Below, in pieces: positions 25,994 to 29,525 of a stretch of 29,525 bases of DNA. Under the pieces are notes generated by a model. That model saw only the letters and a program-made list of their open reading frames with translations. It was not told the DNA's origin and ran no database searches. Numbering within the stretch: position 1 is the stretch's first letter; each line of letters starts with the position of its first letter. Source of the stretch: a virus (taxonomy: Duplodnaviria; Caudoviricetes); IMG/VR virus record IMGVR_UViG_3300030708_000785, positions 1 through 29,525 of that record; one strand, written 5' to 3'. The translations under genes and the position numbers were made by a program.

Positions 25994-26392
25994 ATGAAAT
26001 TTGTAGACTTTAATTTCGTTTCAGACGAACAAGCTAAGAAAATCATGGAATCGTACGGTTACGATGTTCCAGAAGTAGAAGAAGTTACTCCTGAAGAAGC
26101 ATCAGTTATCGAAGAATCCCAAGTCGTACTACCTGACTACGTAGCAGTAGTTGAAGGAACTGTGTACGCTCTTGCCGAAGGCGTAGTTACTATTGAAGAT
26201 GATATGTACATCGAAGTTCAAGAACTACCAGATACTCTAGAAGAATCTTTGGAAGATTCAGAAACTCAACTACTAGAGTCTGTAGAGATTGACGAAACTA
26301 GCTACGGTCTTGGAGACGTTTTCGAAAATAGCGAAACAGGCAAAGAATATATCCAGCTTGTCAAGTTTGAAGAAGTAACAGAAGAAGAGTAA
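25994..26392 (+). CDS. Highly acidic prohead core protein (T4 gp67-like position and composition)
   Basis: Very Glu/Asp-rich, with repeated gp21-type sites IMES, IEES, LAEG, LEES, LLES. AAGGA RBS. First gene of the head module. Confidence 0.5.
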   Translation: MKFVDFNFVSDEQAKKIMESYGYDVPEVEEVTPEEASVIEESQVVLPDYVAVVEGTVYALAEGVVTIEDDMYIEVQELPDTLEESLEDSETQLLESVEIDETSYGLGDVFENSETGKEYIQLVKFEEVTEEE

Positions 26393-27999
26393 TGCCTAGG
26401 ACTGTTATGGAAATGGCTGACGATATCCTCGCTACTATGGGGGTGTCAGATGCTGTTCCATTGTCAGAAGCTAAACAAGAACCTGTACACGCTGTAGGTA
26501 AAACTTACCAAGAAGACCTTCCTGAAGTTAATGATGAGCAAAGAATGCAGTTCATTCAAGAAAGTATGACTGTAGGTAAAAAAATCAAAAAACTCAAGAA
26601 GGAAGGTAAACCTCAAGACCAAGCTGTAGCTATAGCCTTAGATATGAAGGATGATGGTAAGTTAAAAGAAATGTATGCTGTACAAGGAAACCCTACGGGT
26701 CCTGATGGTAGAAATTTTGATAACGCTTGGAAACTTTCAAAGAAAGATAGAGCTAAATTATCTGGAGAAAAATGTAATGAGGACCTTCGTAAATGGGTAG
26801 CTGAGAAATGGGTAGACATTGGAGCTCCTAAAAAAGGAGGAGGCTTCAAACCTTGCGGACGCTCGAAAGGAGAAAAACGTAAAGGTTACCCTAAATGTGT
26901 ACCATCTTCAAAGGCTGCTTCCATGTCTAAATCCCAAAGAACTTCAGCTGTCAGACGTAAAAGAGCTGCTGGCAACACTGGTCCAAAACCCACAAACGTA
27001 AAAACCATGAAAGAATCATATGTGATTGAAGCAAAGCTATGCGCTAGAGGTAAAGCTGCTGCTAAACGAAAGTTTAAAGTATACCCTTCTGCATATGCTA
27101 ACATGTACGCTTCTGCTGTATGCAGCGGTAAAGTAACTCCTGGCGGTAAAAAAGGTAAAAAGAAATCTGTAAAAGAATCTGACAATCATTTTCCTGATGA
27201 AAACAAAGCTACTAATACAGCTGACGAAATCAAGAAAATGAGAAAAGTAAATCTTAAAGAAAAGATGGAAAAATCAGATAAAGGTACTGAAGCTCAACAA
27301 GCTCGCAGAGCAGCTTCTAAAGCTATTTCTTCTGCGACCCGTGCTACTAAAACAATGAAGAACCCTCAAAGCAAATTAAGCGATGCTCGAAAAGCTGCTC
27401 TTGCTAAAGGTGAACACTTTAAAAAATACAAAAAAGAGAAAGAGAAAACAAAAGGTAAAGGAGCTCCTCATACGAGCCCAGCCTTAAGGTCTACTGGAGT
27501 AATGCCTCCACAAGGAGCTAGATGGAGTACTATAAAAGACCATTTAGAAGAAGGTAAGTCTCCAGCATGGCAACGCAAAGAAGGCAAGAACCCTGAAGGT
27601 GGCTTGAACAAGAAAGGTGTAGCCTCATACAGAGCTGAGAACCCAGGCTCTAAATTAAAAACAGCTGTTACTACTAAGCCTTCTAAACTTAAGAAAGGTT
27701 CAAAAGCAGCTAGCCGTAGAAAGTCTTTCTGTGCCAGAATGTCAGGAATGAAAAGAAAAAGAACTTCTTCTAAAACCGCAAACGACCCTAATAGCCGTAT
27801 AAACAAATCTCTACGTAAGTGGAACTGTAACGAGATGGTTGATATTGCACTACAAGAGATGACAGCCGTAGGTTCTTTAGGAGTTAATTTTGCAGGAAAA
27901 CAATTTGACCCTGAAAAGCCTTATAAAAATAAGAAAAAGAAAAAAGATAAAAAGAAAAAAACTTTAGACAAGTTCATCATGAATGCATTTAAAAAATAA
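26392..27999 (+). CDS. Lys/Arg-rich multi-module head-associated protein (DUF5872-like and DUF6321-like modules); probable internal/core polyprotein
   Basis: Modules LRKWVAEKWVDI...KPCGR...YPKCVP, KRKFKVYPSAYAN, and AWQRKEGKNPEGGLN...RRKSFCARM...NSRINKSLRKWNC, separated by hydrophobic-x-E motifs. Immediately upstream of the prohead protease. Confidence 0.65.
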   Translation: MPRTVMEMADDILATMGVSDAVPLSEAKQEPVHAVGKTYQEDLPEVNDEQRMQFIQESMTVGKKIKKLKKEGKPQDQAVAIALDMKDDGKLKEMYAVQGNPTGPDGRNFDNAWKLSKKDRAKLSGEKCNEDLRKWVAEKWVDIGAPKKGGGFKPCGRSKGEKRKGYPKCVPSSKAASMSKSQRTSAVRRKRAAGNTGPKPTNVKTMKESYVIEAKLCARGKAAAKRKFKVYPSAYANMYASAVCSGKVTPGGKKGKKKSVKESDNHFPDENKATNTADEIKKMRKVNLKEKMEKSDKGTEAQQARRAASKAISSATRATKTMKNPQSKLSDARKAALAKGEHFKKYKKEKEKTKGKGAPHTSPALRSTGVMPPQGARWSTIKDHLEEGKSPAWQRKEGKNPEGGLNKKGVASYRAENPGSKLKTAVTTKPSKLKKGSKAASRRKSFCARMSGMKRKRTSSKTANDPNSRINKSLRKWNCNEMVDIALQEMTAVGSLGVNFAGKQFDPEKPYKNKKKKKDKKKKTLDKFIMNAFKK

Positions 28000-28001
28000 T
28001 T

Positions 28002-28619
28002 ATGTCCCAACTACTACGCGATACTTACTCATTCGGAGAACTTCAGATTCTTTCCGAGTCTAAATCAAACGGTACTATGGTAGTACGTGGTTTGTTTCAA
28101 GAAGCTGAAAAGCAAAATGGAAATAAAAGAGTTTATCCTCAACCATTACTTGAGAGAGAAATTAAAAAATTACAAGTACCTTTAAACGAACGTAGATTAG
28201 TTGGTGAGTTAGACCACCCTTCTAATGAAATTGTACACTTAGCAAACGCTTCTCATATTATTACTGGACTTACCATGGAAGGTAATAAAGTTATTGGAGA
28301 AGCCGAGATTCTAAACACTCCATCTGGAAAAGTTCTTCAAGAGCTTTTGAAAGCTGGTGTAAAAATTGGAATTTCATCTCGCGCTGTAGGAGGACTTACA
28401 TATAACTCTGATAATGATTCTTATGATGTAAATGAAAACCTACGTATGATAACATGGGATATGGTGTCAGAACCATCCTGCCAAGGTGCCTTTCCTGGTC
28501 TTCTAGGGGAGAGCCAAACGATTTCAGAAACTACAAAACAAGTATCTGAAGATGTTGACCAACTTCGTTCAGAGAGAATGTATATACATGCTCTGAAAAA
28601 AGTTTTGAATAAAAAATAA
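28002..28619 (+). CDS. gp21: Prohead core protease (T4 gp21, peptidase S77-like)
   Basis: FQEAEKQNGNKRVYP, GELDHP (catalytic His), ILNTPSGK, GISSRAVG (catalytic Ser), WDMVSEPS. Confidence 0.95.
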   Translation: MSQLLRDTYSFGELQILSESKSNGTMVVRGLFQEAEKQNGNKRVYPQPLLEREIKKLQVPLNERRLVGELDHPSNEIVHLANASHIITGLTMEGNKVIGEAEILNTPSGKVLQELLKAGVKIGISSRAVGGLTYNSDNDSYDVNENLRMITWDMVSEPSCQGAFPGLLGESQTISETTKQVSEDVDQLRSERMYIHALKKVLNKK

Positions 28620-28647
28620 AAAATTTCTAATCTTTTGCTTAAACAGC

Positions 28648-28655
28648 AGTAGATA
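28648..28655 (+). promoter_or_regulatory. Putative phage late promoter (AGTAGATA)
   Basis: In the 56-nt gap upstream of scaffold and capsid genes. Same TAGATA core as 25931-25936. Confidence 0.4.
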
Positions 28656-28675
28656 CAGAAGATAGGTAAACAACT

Positions 28676-29254
28676 ATGACCAATTTCGATAAAATCGCAA
28701 AACTTCTACCTGAAGGTCTTTCCGAGACTGGTATTGAAGAAATTTCATCAATTGTGGAAGAAACCATACAGGAAAGAGTAGACTCTGAAGTTAAGGCTTT
28801 AGAAGCTAAAGTTGGTGGTTTCCTTCGCATGAAACTTAATGAGCTAAAGGAACAAGCCGTTAAAGAACTTGAAGAGACAAATGAAACTTTCCGTGCGGTA
28901 AAAGTTTATGAGTCTCTAAAGAATGTTATAGCTGAAGATATTTCTACATCAGACGAAGATTCAGTAGCTAATCAATACAAAAAAGAAAATGAAGAGCTAC
29001 AAGAATCAGTTGAAAGCTTGAATGAAAAAATATCTCAACTTATGACTGAGAATAACACCTTAGAAGAATCAGTAACAAATCTAAACGAAACTGTAGAATC
29101 GTTATCTGAAACTACTAAGCAACCATTCAAGTCATCAGAACAAGCTCTCGTTATCACTAACGAAAGCGTCAATGAGGCAAAGCAATCCACTCCTGAGGTT
29201 GTTAACTCCTTTCTTACAGAAGACGTTGTCCGTCTTTCACAATTTAATAAATAA
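28676..29254 (+). CDS. gp22: Prohead core scaffolding protein (T4 gp22-like)
   Basis: Acidic coiled coil between protease and major capsid genes, with many L/I/V-x-E sites (LQES, LNEK, LEES, LNET, LSET, VNEA, LTED). Confidence 0.75.
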   Translation: MTNFDKIAKLLPEGLSETGIEEISSIVEETIQERVDSEVKALEAKVGGFLRMKLNELKEQAVKELEETNETFRAVKVYESLKNVIAEDISTSDEDSVANQYKKENEELQESVESLNEKISQLMTENNTLEESVTNLNETVESLSETTKQPFKSSEQALVITNESVNEAKQSTPEVVNSFLTEDVVRLSQFNK

Positions 29255-29266
29255 TTACACACTATC

Positions 29267-29525
29267 ATGATTGAATCAAACACTTCTAACGCCCTTTGTG
29301 ACAAATGGGCTCCAATTCTAGAGGGAATTGAGGATTCGTATACGCGTGAGACTACAGCGGTTCTTCTTGAAAACCAAGCTCGCCATGTTCTTAATGAGCA
29401 AGCTAAAAATGGAGTTCTTAATGAAGAAACAGCAGTAGGCGACCTCGGTACATTCCAAAAATTTGCCTTTCCACTCGTACGCCGGGTATTCCCGGAGCTA
29501 ATCGCTAACAAAGTAATCAGTGTAC
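29267..29525 (+). CDS. gp23: Major capsid protein (T4 gp23-like), N-terminal part, runs off window
   Basis: Translated by hand: MIESNTSNALCDKWAPILEGIEDSYTRETTAVLLENQARHVLNEQAKNGVLNEETAVGDLGTFQKFAFPLVRRVFPELIANKVISV. KW-x-P-I-LE, TAVLLENQ and PLVRR-x-FP-x-LIA are gp23 signatures. Confidence 0.93.
   Translation, partial: MIESNTSNALCDKWAPILEGIEDSYTRETTAVLLENQARHVLNEQAKNGVLNEETAVGDLGTFQKFAFPLVRRVFPELIANKVISV

Noticed and set aside
22126-27001. Short alternate-frame plus-strand ORFs 22126..22326 and 26819..27001
   Set aside because: 60-66 aa, nested in longer genes, with no lipobox or other motif. Not credible as embedded o-spanins or overprinted genes.
28595-28640. Intrinsic terminator or slippery site in the A-rich tract after the protease gene
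   Set aside because: No GC-rich stem precedes the T run and no long shifted frame is evident. More likely an A-rich promoter-upstream tract.
29240-29266. Bacteroidota host inferred from SD-less, A-rich starts such as the capsid gene
   Set aside because: Clear GGAGG/AAGGAGGT sites precede 707, 1975 and 5216, and AGGA precedes others, so SD absence is not general. Host cannot be assigned from this.
194-29511. Minus-strand ORFs in the track (e.g. 3971..4282, 24757..25176, 25408..25797, 27468..27806, 29035..29511)
   Set aside because: All lie antisense to well-supported plus-strand genes, carry no recognisable motif and look like shadow ORFs.

Overview
The window is a contiguous, all plus-strand virion morphogenesis region of a large, AT-rich, T4-superfamily-like (contractile-tailed) bacteriophage. 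It holds 22 tightly packed CDSs. In order: C-terminal end of a probable tape measure protein; tube-initiator, LysM/gp53-like, hub, gp5-like spike and PAAR tip genes; two small proteins and a LamG protein; gp25-, gp6- and giant gp7/P2-I-like wedge proteins; two tail-collar-like proteins; a 1293-aa beta-helix tailspike and a short fibre; a lipoprotein; then the head module (acidic core protein, basic 535-aa multi-module protein, gp21 protease, gp22 scaffold, and the start of the gp23 major capsid protein, absent from the ORF track). No tRNA, rRNA, CRISPR, integrase, portal, terminase, sheath or endolysin is visible. Most notable: a putative protease-processed polyprotein of basic internal head modules, a baseplate carrying many adhesin-type domains with paralogous anchors, a PAAR tip with an N-terminal cargo domain, a u-spanin-like lipoprotein, a TAGATA late-promoter-like motif and apparent GATC avoidance. 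All family calls are from motif recognition by eye; no database search was run.
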